From Balamuthia mandrillaris (Eukaryota), in contig JAVKOQ020000017.1 of NCBI GenBank assembly GCA_031835245.2, positions 186,001 through 250,000 of the forward strand: a stretch of DNA of 64,000 nucleotides, in the 5' to 3' direction. Each line of letters starts with the position of its first letter. The first letter of the stretch is position 1. The notes under the pieces are model-generated. The model was given only the letters and a program-made list of their open reading frames with translations. It did no database searches and was not told the DNA's origin. This document shows, in pieces, positions 53,681 to 64,000 of the stretch. A program made the position numbers and the translations under genes.

Positions 53681-54416
53681 ATGGCACACCGTTCTGTTCG
53701 TTGGGCGCTCGCGCTGCTGCTCTGCGCTGGCTTGCTGGCAGGTGCCAGCCAGCATGCAGAGGAGCCCTCCTCTGCGGCCGCGGCGAAACCCAAGAATGGC
53801 ACGCACATGAACATCCACCTGAGGGTGGACCAGCGGACCGAAGACCTGGTGATGAACATTTCCAACGCCCTGCTGTGGCTGGCTCCGCACGACCAGATCT
53901 ACTTCACGGTGGTGAGGCCTCACGTCTCGCTCTACCTGACAGAGTTTCAAACCGACAAAATCCCACACGCCATCAAAGCGTTTGTTGATCCCCACCACGC
54001 TACTTTTTTTTTCTTGCTACTTACGCTTAGCTTTGTTTTTTTTTAAACAGAGTCCAAAAGCTACTTTTCATCGACTATAAACAAGACTTTTGCAACCTCT
54101 TGGTTACTCTCTCCGGGACGACCGTGTCAGGCAGCTACGGCATGTGGGACGCGGACTTGACGTCGACGTTGCAGCTGCTCTCAGACGCGGTGGTGAACGC
54201 CACTTATCAATGGATCGTTCCCAACCAGCCTGTTCCTGACTGGGTAAAAAACCTTCCTGAACCTGCTCGTTCCAAAAAAATAGGTTCGTTGTTCCTCTAT
54301 CGTTTTTTCTGCTTTGCTTTCTTTTTCTTTTCTGCTTATGCGTTTCAAATATAGCTCTGGTGAAGAAATATGGTTCTCCTAATGTATTTTCTGGATTTGA
54401 ACCTCAGTACGTTTGA

Positions 54417-54459
<43 letters not shown>

Positions 54460-54657
54460 TTGTCTAACAAATACAAAACAAAAAGCGTGACATTGGCATG
54501 GGACAATGTGGAAGACTTGACCTCCCCCTTTGAGCAGATAAGCGCCCTCCACAAAGACCACGTGATCACGCCCCCATCGATTGGCTTTGGAGAAGTGGGA
54601 AACTACGGCACTGTGTTGCGGGCTGGAGGATGGGGCACTCTTCCTTTTCCTTGTTAA
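53681..54657 (+). CDS. Secreted 2H phosphoesterase (2'-5' RNA ligase superfamily)-like protein
   Basis: Signal peptide; two HxS/T motifs, PHVSLY and PH|VTLAW (the second split by an intron). Confidence 0.7.
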
Positions 54658-54720
54658 TGAATGAACCTGAAAACATTGGTTAACCAATATCTTATTATTC
54701 TTTTGGCTCGTTTCTCGCCC

Positions 54721-55992
54721 TCAGCTCTCCTCGTCCTCTTCGTCATCACACCAAGGATACCCGTTGTTTCGAAGCCATTCCAACACCTCCACCTGTTCAT
54801 TTTCCATAGCACTGCTCCAAGTGTCTTCATCCCAGGGGCACCCATGTTCTCTGGCCCATTTCAACACCACCACACGGCCGAAAAACGCGGCCGAGGAACA
54901 GGTCTCTTCATCCCAAGGACACCCGTTTGCCCTGGCCCATTGCAACACCTCCAAATGGCCGTACCCAGCGGCCACTGCGCAGGTGTTGCTGTCCCAAGGA
55001 CACCCATGAGCCCTGGCCCATTGCAACACCTCCAAATGGCCCTTCCAGGCAGCCCGTTCGCACGTGCGTTCGTTCCAAGGACATCCGTTCTCTCTGGCCC
55101 ATTGCAGCATTTCCAAATGGCCTTTCTCTGCCGCATTGGCGCAGGTATTCTCGTCCGAAGGGCATCCATTTGTTACCGCCCATTTCAACACTTCCGAGTG
55201 TCCTTTGCTTGCAGCGGAGGAACACGTCTTTTCGTTCCAACGGCATCCGTTTCGCCTGGCCCATTGCAACACCTCCAGATGACCATTTTCAGCTGCCTTG
55301 GTGCAAGTCCACTTGTCCCAAGGGCATCCGTTTCGCCTGGCCCATTGCAGCACCGCCAGGTGGCCGTTTTCAGCTGCCTTGGTGCAAGTCCACTTGTCCC
55401 AAGGACATCTGTTCTCTCTGGCCCATTGCAGCACCGCCAGGTGGCCGTTTTGAGCGGCGCAAGCGCATGTGTCAGCGCTCCAAGGGCACCCGTTTGCTCT
55501 GGCCCATTTTAGCACCTCCAAGTGACCACCAGCAGCGGCCCAAAAACATGTGGCTACGTTCCAAGGGCATCCGTTCTCCCTGGCCCATTTCAGCACCTCC
55601 AAGTGGCCCTTCCCGGCGGCACACATGCACGTTCGGGCGTCCCACGGATAACTTGTGTTTGCCCTCAGCCACTGAAGCAGCTCCAAACAGCCGTTCTCTG
55701 CGGCCCAGCCGCAAAAGTTCCTGTTCTCTGGACAGCCTTGGCCAGGGTGAGCCCAACGAAACGTCGCCAGAGAGGTGCAGGCCCATCGGACGAGAAACTT
55801 GTTGCGCAGGTGGGCAGGGCTGCAGGCGTACCATCTGCGGCAGGTCCGGGCGGCAGGGGCCACCTCTCGTTCTGGCAACATTGTCAGGATTTGGCACAAC
55901 ACCTCATCGGGCAGCAAGTCCTCCGCCCAACAACAGTGCAAAGGAGGTGCTAGATGAAGGCCGTTGCTGGAGAGAGAGTCACAAGTGGTCAT
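54721..55992 (-). CDS. F-box + ankyrin-like repeat protein (GHLEVLxWARxNGCPW repeats), intronless
   Basis: LPDEVLCQIL...AARTCRRW F-box; about 12 tandem 25-aa repeats. Confidence 0.9.
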   Translation of the reverse strand: MTTCDSLSSNGLHLAPPLHCCWAEDLLPDEVLCQILTMLPEREVAPAARTCRRWYACSPAHLRNKFLVRWACTSLATFRWAHPGQGCPENRNFCGWAAENGCLELLQWLRANTSYPWDARTCMCAAGKGHLEVLKWARENGCPWNVATCFWAAAGGHLEVLKWARANGCPWSADTCACAAQNGHLAVLQWARENRCPWDKWTCTKAAENGHLAVLQWARRNGCPWDKWTCTKAAENGHLEVLQWARRNGCRWNEKTCSSAASKGHSEVLKWAVTNGCPSDENTCANAAEKGHLEMLQWARENGCPWNERTCERAAWKGHLEVLQWARAHGCPWDSNTCAVAAGYGHLEVLQWARANGCPWDEETCSSAAFFGRVVVLKWAREHGCPWDEDTWSSAMENEQVEVLEWLRNNGYPWCDDEEDEES

Positions 55993-56086
55993 GGTTTAAC
56001 GCGAGTCAGTTTTGCCACAAGGCTTCTTCTTCATGGTTTATTACTTGCACAATTAAATAGCAACGACGACATGAGGGAGGTCAAGT

Positions 56087-56433
56087 TCAAAGCGGGCACC
56101 ACCGAAACAGCGATCGTACTTCCTGCGCGGCCTCTTGCACCTTTTGCAAGTCCGGCAGGGGTGATGGTGAGGACCCCGAGCTTGCTTCCACCCATCTATC
56201 CACTAAGGAGGCAAAGTTCATCCGTTGAGCTGCACGAATGGCATCCACGTTGTCATAAATCTAAAATAGAGGTCAGCGCACAGTCAATGTGAAGCAAGGA
56301 AACATGTTAAAAAAAGCGAGACAAACCAGTGTGCCGAGGCTAACAAAGAGAGCGTAGAGAATTGCGTGTTCTTCTTCTGCCTGCAGCATCTGTTTTATGA
56401 CGAGTCAAGAAAAATTGGCAATTTAGAGAGACA

Positions 56434-56476
<43 letters not shown>

Positions 56477-59400
56477 AGATGCATAACCCAGAGAAAACGT
56501 ACATCGTGAAGAAGTCGAAGGACTGCCAGTTTCGGTTCATCGAGAGACTTGGAGGCTTCTCCAAATACTACAGCGTAGCTATTTTGTAGAAGAAAGAATA
56601 ATAAGTTTCATGCAAAGAAGAAGTAAAAGGTGTTAACATACTTGAGAAGAACGTTTGCGGCAATAGCTCGAATGGTCTTGTTGGGGTAACGTGAATGTGC
56701 TCCGCAAAATGCAAAAATCCTTTCATACTGTGAAATGGCAATGATGCGTAAGGGCGAATGCACAAACATGTTTGTCACAAACTTGAGAGCGATCATTCGG
56801 TTCGCTTCTGGTACAGTTTGTTGTTCTCGAATGATAATGACATCGTCGAGAAAACGTTGGCCTAAAGCATGTTGTTGCGCATAATGCTCGGCGACACGGG
56901 GATGAAGAATGGCCAAGCGAAGGATATCGAGAATAGGGAAGAGCTTGGACAAAGGCCAACGTTGAAGCTTGGATAGGAGTTGATAGTGAGTGGAGGAAAA
57001 GTCGGAGGAAAAATTACTGTTGACGTCTTGTAAAGTATCCAAGATATGCTTTAGTGCGTGCTCTTCTTGGGGTGTCATTGCTAAATGTGATGTTTGCTGA
57101 TTTTTTGTTTTGTCCAAATTAGAAATGGGAGTCAAGTAGAAGAGAAGGGAGAAATGGAGACGTACCAGGCTAGATGCCAATTCTTGGTTGAATTGAATTG
57201 TTTTCTTTAGAATGCCAGCATGTTGGCCTTGGTTATAAACAACAGGAAACAGAGCAGAAGAAGTTAACTGGAATCAAAAAGGTTAATCAACTAATAAAGA
57301 ACCACACGAAGGGAGAGCAAGAGAGTCGAAGGTAAGTTGTGATACGTACCGTAGGCATATGCTTACAGGTTGGCAAAGGTGTAGTTGGAGCAGGAGAAGT
57401 ACTGGTAGTGGTAGCTGAGGCAGAAGTGACAGAAGGAACATCGATTGGGCGAGAATTTTGGGTCACAAAGTCAACAACTCTGTCCAGATGTTCTTGCCCA
57501 ACACCTTCCAACAAAATGAATCTTTGTGCAACTGCAATCGGATGATCTGCAAATAAGGAATAGAGTGAATAAACGAGAATGACCAAGAAAAGACCAGCGA
57601 AAGGAATGAGAAAAGTATAGAAAAAATAAAATAAGAGCATGTAGAGTTACCTCCTTCGTTCCACGTGATTACTTTGACGCCATTGCCCATGTTTACTTTG
57701 AAGGCATAGTCCCATTCTTTGCCTTTGTACTTTTTCTTTTTCTTGCTTCCTTCTTGCTGCTCTTCTCGCTTTGGTTCCTGTTCTTTCTCTTTGTCCTTCT
57801 CCTTTTCTTTGGCTTGTTTTGCCAACTCCTCTTCTTTCCTGCTTTCTTCTAACATTCCCTGAAGTGTTTCCAATAAGCTCAACGCTTCCTTCCTCATCTT
57901 CTCTTTTCTTGCAAACTCGTTCAACATCTGAAGTAACTGTTCTTTGTTGGTTGGGTCCTTTCTTTTTTGTCGTTTGCTATGTCCCCCTGTCGTCACTAAC
58001 AAGCCACCTTCTTCTGGTTTCTCTTCCTGTTCTTCAATTGCTCTTTCATCAAACTGTTTTTCTTTTTGTCTTCTTCTGCTGGTGGTCATCATAAAGTTGC
58101 GTCCATAAGGCACTTGGAACAACCCTTCGTCCGTTCGAAGCAAGGATCCACCAGGAAGAAGCACAGCATCTTCCATTTCTTCTTCTTCTTCTGTTTCTTT
58201 TTGTTTTTCTTTCTCGTATTCATATTCTTTTTCTTTTCCTTTTGCCTTTCTTCGGCGTTCTTTACTGTCTTCTTGTGCGGATGAGGAAGATGAAGCGAAG
58301 GAAGGCGAAGAAGAGGATTGTTTGCTGTTGCTGCTGCTCATTCTTGGGCTTGTAGCTTGCGCCTCTATCATCTGCTGTAACCACTGGTATTGTTCCTCGT
58401 CTTCCTGTTCAACTCGCTCACTCTCTGTCTGTTGTGTTGCTGTCGTTTTATGAGCACAAATTGCAAGAGAGAGATAGAGAGAGAGAGAGAGAGAAGCAAG
58501 AAAAGGAAGGGGTAAAGAAGAGAGTAAAGAGAGAAGAAGGAAAAGGAAACGCAAAGGAACTCAAGGCTTACCTCTCATCATTTCAGCCAAAGCCATCCAA
58601 CTCCTCCGCTCCTCCTCCTTCCTCTTCTTCATTTGCTCCTCCGCCATTTTCAACCTCCTGAAAAGGGGCGGCTCCACGATAGGCGCCTCAAAATGCAAGA
58701 AGAGGCTCTCCACCGATGTTACATCACCATCACTGTCGCCATTGTTGCTCACGCCCATTTGGACGCCCAGCGCTGACAAAGCACCAGGAAAGGCTACCTT
58801 TAGTCTCGGCCACTCCACAAAGTTTCTGCCAGCAATGCCCACCACAGGGACGTAATGGTTCTTCCTCCAGTTCTGCCATGCCAACACCACCGGTCTTTGC
58901 TTCAGGCACTGCTCCGCCCCAATCCTAGCGGGCAGGAACATGGCTGCCACGCCATTCTCTCCCTCTCCAAAGGTCTCCACGTCCCTGTCCGAGGCATAGA
59001 GCAGGATCGGTCGTTTCAGCACGTTGGTTAGGGCAAAGGTGTGCATAAACTCCAAATAAGAGCCCGTCCTGGCCGCATTGCCAAGGATCCTGCTCCAGTC
59101 GGTATCATTGAACAGCTGTCCCTCAGCAGAGGCAACCCTCCTGTACCACTCCTGATGCTCGGTGAGCTCCTGGTGGAGGCGCTTGCGCAGGAGGTCGTGG
59201 TAGAGCTCCACTCCCCAGAGGGCACGGGAGACGGCGTGCAGCAGGCAGTTGCCATCGCCGGTGGTCTTGAGGGGCACCAGGCGCTCGGGGATCTCTTTGG
59301 CCAAGGTCTCAGGCAAGTTGGCCACCTGTTATATATTTTTTAAACAAACACTCATTATTATTATTATTATATTTTTTGAAGAAAAATAAAGAAAAGAAAG

Positions 59401-59561
59401 AAAGGATGCGCAACTGTGTCCCAGTCAATAACAGAGTCCAATGTTTCACCGCCGTCTTGGAGGTAGCTGAGGGGCAAGGTGAAGGTGGTATCGCTGGAAG
59501 GCAGCTCTTCCTCCTTGCCGCCGCCCAAAGTTTGCCCGTGCAGCACGCACCATATGCACAT
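56087..59561 (-). CDS. OTU deubiquitinase (VCPIP1-like) fused to PFU and PUL domains
   Basis: GDGNCLLHAVSRAL, ALTNVLKRPILL, NHYVPVV; YKGKEWDYAFKV...VAQRFI...VVDFVTQNS (PFU); WPLSKLFPILDILRL, NRMIALKFVTNMF, ANVLLN|YA, LFVSLGTL (PUL). Confidence 0.85.
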
Positions 59562-59952
59562 GTTTTATTATTATTCTATTGTGAACGCAGAAATGAATGA
59601 ATAAAAAGGTTTGTGTATTAGTTTTCTTCTGAGAAAGGGCAACGAACGAGAGAGGGACCAACCCCAAAAAAAGAATGCAGCTCTAGACCGCACCCAAGAG
59701 GGTCCCCTTCTTCGTGTTCTCCTCCTTTTCTTTTGGTAAACTTTTTATTCAGCTAATCGTAAAGTAAATTATTTCTTGGAAATATTTTTTTTCGTTGAGG
59801 ATAGAAATTTCTTTTTTAAAATTTTGTCGACATAGGGAAGGATAAGGGCGAGGACAGTAGAGAGGATACGAGAGACACCTTTTTCGCCCTAAAAAAGGAA
59901 ATAGATGGAGAAAAGAAGAAAAGAAGTTTTTTTTTTAAGGCATCAAAGAAGA

Positions 59953-60185
59953 ATGAACCACAAGGACGCGCCGCCTGAAGGCGCCTCCAACAACAACAAG
60001 AACAACAACAGCGCGCCACAACAGAACCCCCTGCTGGCTCACATGCAGAGCGCAACGCCGGCGCTGCGCTCCAGAGTATCGAACCACCACCACCACAAAC
60101 AATTCAACGCTACCGCCAAAACGAGTTATTACCACGTCCGCGACGTCAATCAGAAAACTATTTTAGCTCGTTCGTGCTTTTCTTT

Positions 60186-60238
<53 letters not shown>

Positions 60239-61568
60239 TTTGTTTTACTTATATAACTGTTTAAAAACACGTAGAACTGGAGGAAGCTTTGGAAGAAGAG
60301 CGGCATGCGGCGAACGCATTGCTGGAAGACGTTCCGCGACTCATTGCTCTATGTCTGCAAATAATGCTCTCTGATGCTGTCCTGCTCGCCATTCCCAATG
60401 CTGTGGATCACTTTTCTTCTCCTTCTCCTCCTCCTCCTTCTTCCTCGCCGCCCTGTTCTTTTCCTTCGTTTCCTTCTTCTCCTACACCCTCTGCCTCTTT
60501 TCTTGCTCCTCCGCCTCCCCCACTCCCTCCTCCTGCTTCTGCTTTTGCTTCTTCTTCCCCTTCTTCTCCTTCTCCTCCTCCCTCTCCTTTTTCTGCTCCT
60601 TCTGTTTCCTCTCAACCACACAGCCACTGCGATGCTTCTCTTCCTTCTCCTGTATTCACCCAAACAACACAAACACAAGAAGGTGGTGGAGGAGGCGAAG
60701 AAGACGATGGAGGAAGTGAAGAAGAAGCAGAAGACCGAGACAAAACATTATCTTCTCGCAACCAACACGAACAACAATCAAACAACCTTCAGCAACAGCA
60801 AAACAACGACATCCAAACAGCTTCCACAACAATAAAACCCAAAAGGTCGTTCTTACGACACCTCTTCAACGTGGACACTGAGTCTCTTTTGCTCCAACAT
60901 CTGTTGGACCTGAGCGATCGTTCTCCCTACACTCCCCTGAAAGACGTCGTGAAGAGCATTATCAGCCGGTGCATGAGTGACTGGTTGTTTGTTTCTAGTT
61001 CTTCGTCGAACCAAACAGCAGCCAAAGATGATAATAACGTGGCAGCAGCGGAGGAGTTGGTCTCTGTAGCCATCGATCGACATTATGAACAATACAGTGC
61101 TGAAGCCTCCATCTTTGCTCATCCCAAAAACAGGTACTTCATTCTCTTCTTTTTGTTCTTGTTCATGTTATTTTTCTTCTTTCCATTGTTTGGTGTTTTT
61201 TCTCATATTGTTAAACTTTGACATAGAACTGAAAAAGTCTTTTGGAAGGCATTATTGCTAAGCACATGTTTATCTCTGTATTGTGCCATGAAAGACGCTT
61301 TTCTTCAGGTTCATTTTTGTTTCTTTCTTTTTTTTTATTCTTTTTTTTTTTTGTTGTTGCTATCTCATTCTCTTATTCAGTCCTTTTATTTGAGGTGTTA
61401 TTTCTTTTTCTTTTCATTCGTGGTGACACTTTTACTTTGTTCATGTAACAGATTGTGCATAATTATATTGAGCATGGACGCGTTGGCCTCCTGCGTTTCG
61501 TCAATCTCAAGTATTACCTTCGCCTTTGCACCAGCGTTTTCTATACTGTACTTTTAGGTTTCATTTAC

Positions 61569-61599
<31 letters not shown>

Positions 61600-64000
61600 T
61601 GCTCGCTCTGACTTTCGCTGTTTATCCTCACTTTTTCGTATAAAAGGACAAACAAAATTGGGGGAGCTTCCAAGTTTTCTTCATTTCATCCTCGAACAAG
61701 AGTTTGGGGGCCTTCGTTGCCACCTCTTACCATCGCCTTGTCCTTCGACTGGTTGCCAAGAACGCCTAATCAACGAAGCAGAAATTGAAACTTCATTTAT
61801 CTCAACACCACTTCTTCATCAATATCGCCACCTGAAGAAAGATGAGAACGTTTTTGTCGTGCCACATAGTGAGGTAACGATGAATAACGAAAATGCAGAA
61901 GAAGAAAGTAATAGCATGATGATTGGATGGTGTCTTGATTTTGAACAACGCCGAACAGAAGATAACCAAGAGAAATACCGCGACTACGAATCGCTAGCTT
62001 CTCTTCAATTGAAACACGACACTTCTGCTTCAACGACACTGTTGAACATCTCCAATCAAAAAGAAGATGAAGCAGCAGAAAAAGAAGAAGCAGAAAAAGC
62101 GCAGACTAAACAAGTAAAAGGAGAAGAAGAAGAAAGCGATCAGAGATACCAAGAAGAACCAATCGTTCAACCACCACCACAGAGACAGACGAAAGACAAA
62201 AAGTGGTTGGATACTCCGCGTTCTTTCTTTCATTTGGCTGATCTTATTCGTGGCCAACAACGTGATGCTGAATGGGGCCGTTATTATCAGGTCCTTTGTC
62301 ATCTTCTTCTCCTTCTAATTCTTCTGCTTCTCATTTTATTTTTTATGTTTACAAACCAGGAATTAAGTTCTTCTTCTGAGTTTCCTCAAAACGTTGTAAA
62401 AAAGAACAAATACATGAAAATGATGATTCGTAAACATGGCATTCTACCCGAGTTACGAGGAAAGTTCTGGCAAGCATTTGTTCAGTCCCATTCTCATCGT
62501 CAGCACTTTTCCTATGCCACTATCGCTCAAGCTTGTAGCAACCAAGAATCCCAACACACTATTCAAATCGACAAAGTACCTCTTTCTCTTTGTCTTTCTT
62601 TTTCTTTTCAGCTCACCTTCATTTTTCGTTATTTTGTAAAGGATCTTCAAAGGACATTCCCAAACAACGAACGGTTTCAATCAAAGGGAGATGGTATTGA
62701 GAGCATGCGCCGCGTGCTCGTCAGTTATGCGTCTGTTAATCCTGGTTTGTTTCTCTCCTCTTTCTGCTCTTATTTTGTCTCATTTTTTGATTTGGCTCTC
62801 CTGTAGATATTGGTTATTGTCAGTCGATGAACTTTATTACTGCAATGTTATTATTGTTCATGGATGAGGAAGAAGCGTTCTTTATGTTGATGACAATAGT
62901 GGAGTCAACCATGCCTAAACACTATTATACCCCCTGCATGCGGGGCCTTATCACTGACGCTCAAAGTATCCTTCTTCTTCTGTCTTCTGTACTCTTTCTT
63001 CTACTGTTTTATGTTTAGTTGCTAACTTGTAAATATTCTGCTTCAGTGTTCTTGAAAGTGCTGAACCTGAAAGTGCCACGCGTGGCTGCTCATCTTCGTT
63101 CGCTAGGCATTGATGTGAAACCGGTGATTTATCATTGGTTATTGTGTCTGTTTGTTGGTGTCTTTCCTGTGGAGGTATCTCTCTTCTCTCTTTCTTCCTC
63201 TTTTAATTTCTCTCTAAACATTCCAAAACAAACGAAAGGTTGTGCTTCGAGTTTGGGACGCATTCTTTTATGAAGGCAATCATATTCTATTTCGTTTTTG
63301 TTTAGGCCTACTGAAGTTAGAAGAAGAAACCATCCTCCAAGCCGAAGATGAAGCAGATGCGTTCATGGTCATGAAAGATCTTCCAAAACGAGTGGAAAAA
63401 GACGCCCTCATACGAATGACGTTCTCCAAAAGCTTTTCTGGGCTCAAGAAACTGGTTTACAAGAAACGAAAAGAAGCGAATGCAGAACTTTGCGATAAAT
63501 CTTCTTCCACACCTGAAGAATCAGTTCGGTTTTATCCTCACTCCACATCTGAAATCGTAACGAGACATCAACTTCAACGCCACAACAAAAAAGAGGTTCC
63601 GTCTTCACCTTCTTCGGAGCCGTCTCTTGACTCGTATCAACATCATTCTTTATCTCCTAGATCCGTTAAAGGAGGGTTCAATTCACTTCTCCCTTCGTTT
63701 CTTGGAGGAGGTAATAACAATAGTGTAAGACCTCCTTCTCCTTCTCCTCCCTCTTCTTCTTCTCCTTCTGCTTCTGCTTCTGCTTCTGCTTCTGCTTCTG
63801 CTTCTTCATTCGAGGACAACAATCTTCAATCGCGAACGTTCGTGTCACAATCTGCCTCCGATATAGAGACGCGTCATCATCATGCAGCAACTTCTTCCAG
63901 TTATCGCAAAGCTTCTTTGGGAGGAGTATCATCTTCTATCAGCAGAAAGAAAGCCATTTGGAATCTGTTTTCTGGTGGAGGAGACACTTCTGCTCCATCT
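59953..64000 (+). CDS. TBC-domain Rab-GAP, running off the window end
   Basis: HGILPELRGKFW, QIDK|DLQRTFP, IGYCQSMNFITAMLL, EEEAFF, WLLCLFV, LRVWDAFFYEG. Confidence 0.92.

Noticed and set aside
54780..55700. Regularly spaced near-identical DNA repeats resembling a CRISPR array
   Set aside because: They are 75-bp coding units of the ankyrin-like gene; there are no unique spacers or cas genes.
54661..56060. 283-aa and 377-aa plus-strand ORFs
   Set aside because: Antisense shadows of the repeat gene.
61740..61830. CPSTGC...YRHL segment resembling part of an RBR RING1 in the TBC gene
   Set aside because: The remaining Cys/His ligands were not found; too little to call a domain.

Overview
Gene-dense, intron-rich eukaryotic DNA with short GT-AG introns often filled with (CT)n/(TTC)n/(TTTC)n microsatellites. 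Gene content and style suggest a free-living amoebozoan (Balamuthia/Acanthamoeba-like); this is inference. I reconstructed about 26 protein-coding genes by hand-splicing; CDS coordinates are gene spans including introns. No rRNA, tRNA or CRISPR was seen. Main points: (1) a RasGEF spliced in frame to two tandem bacterial-type XylR_N/V4R sensor domains, a candidate ligand-gated Ras activator; (2) a VCPIP1-like OTU deubiquitinase fused to the PFU-PUL module of Doa1/PLAA; (3) a surface protein joining a bacterial THxN-type domain to an amoebozoan ComC-like stalk; (4) an ADAM-like protein lacking all zinc ligands; (5) a 30-bp-stem intergenic hairpin and a short TG..CA element; (6) recurrent TGTCGACA/TATCGATA palindromes upstream of genes; (7) small spliced DDA1 and ASDURF-like genes that the ORF track shows only as fragments.
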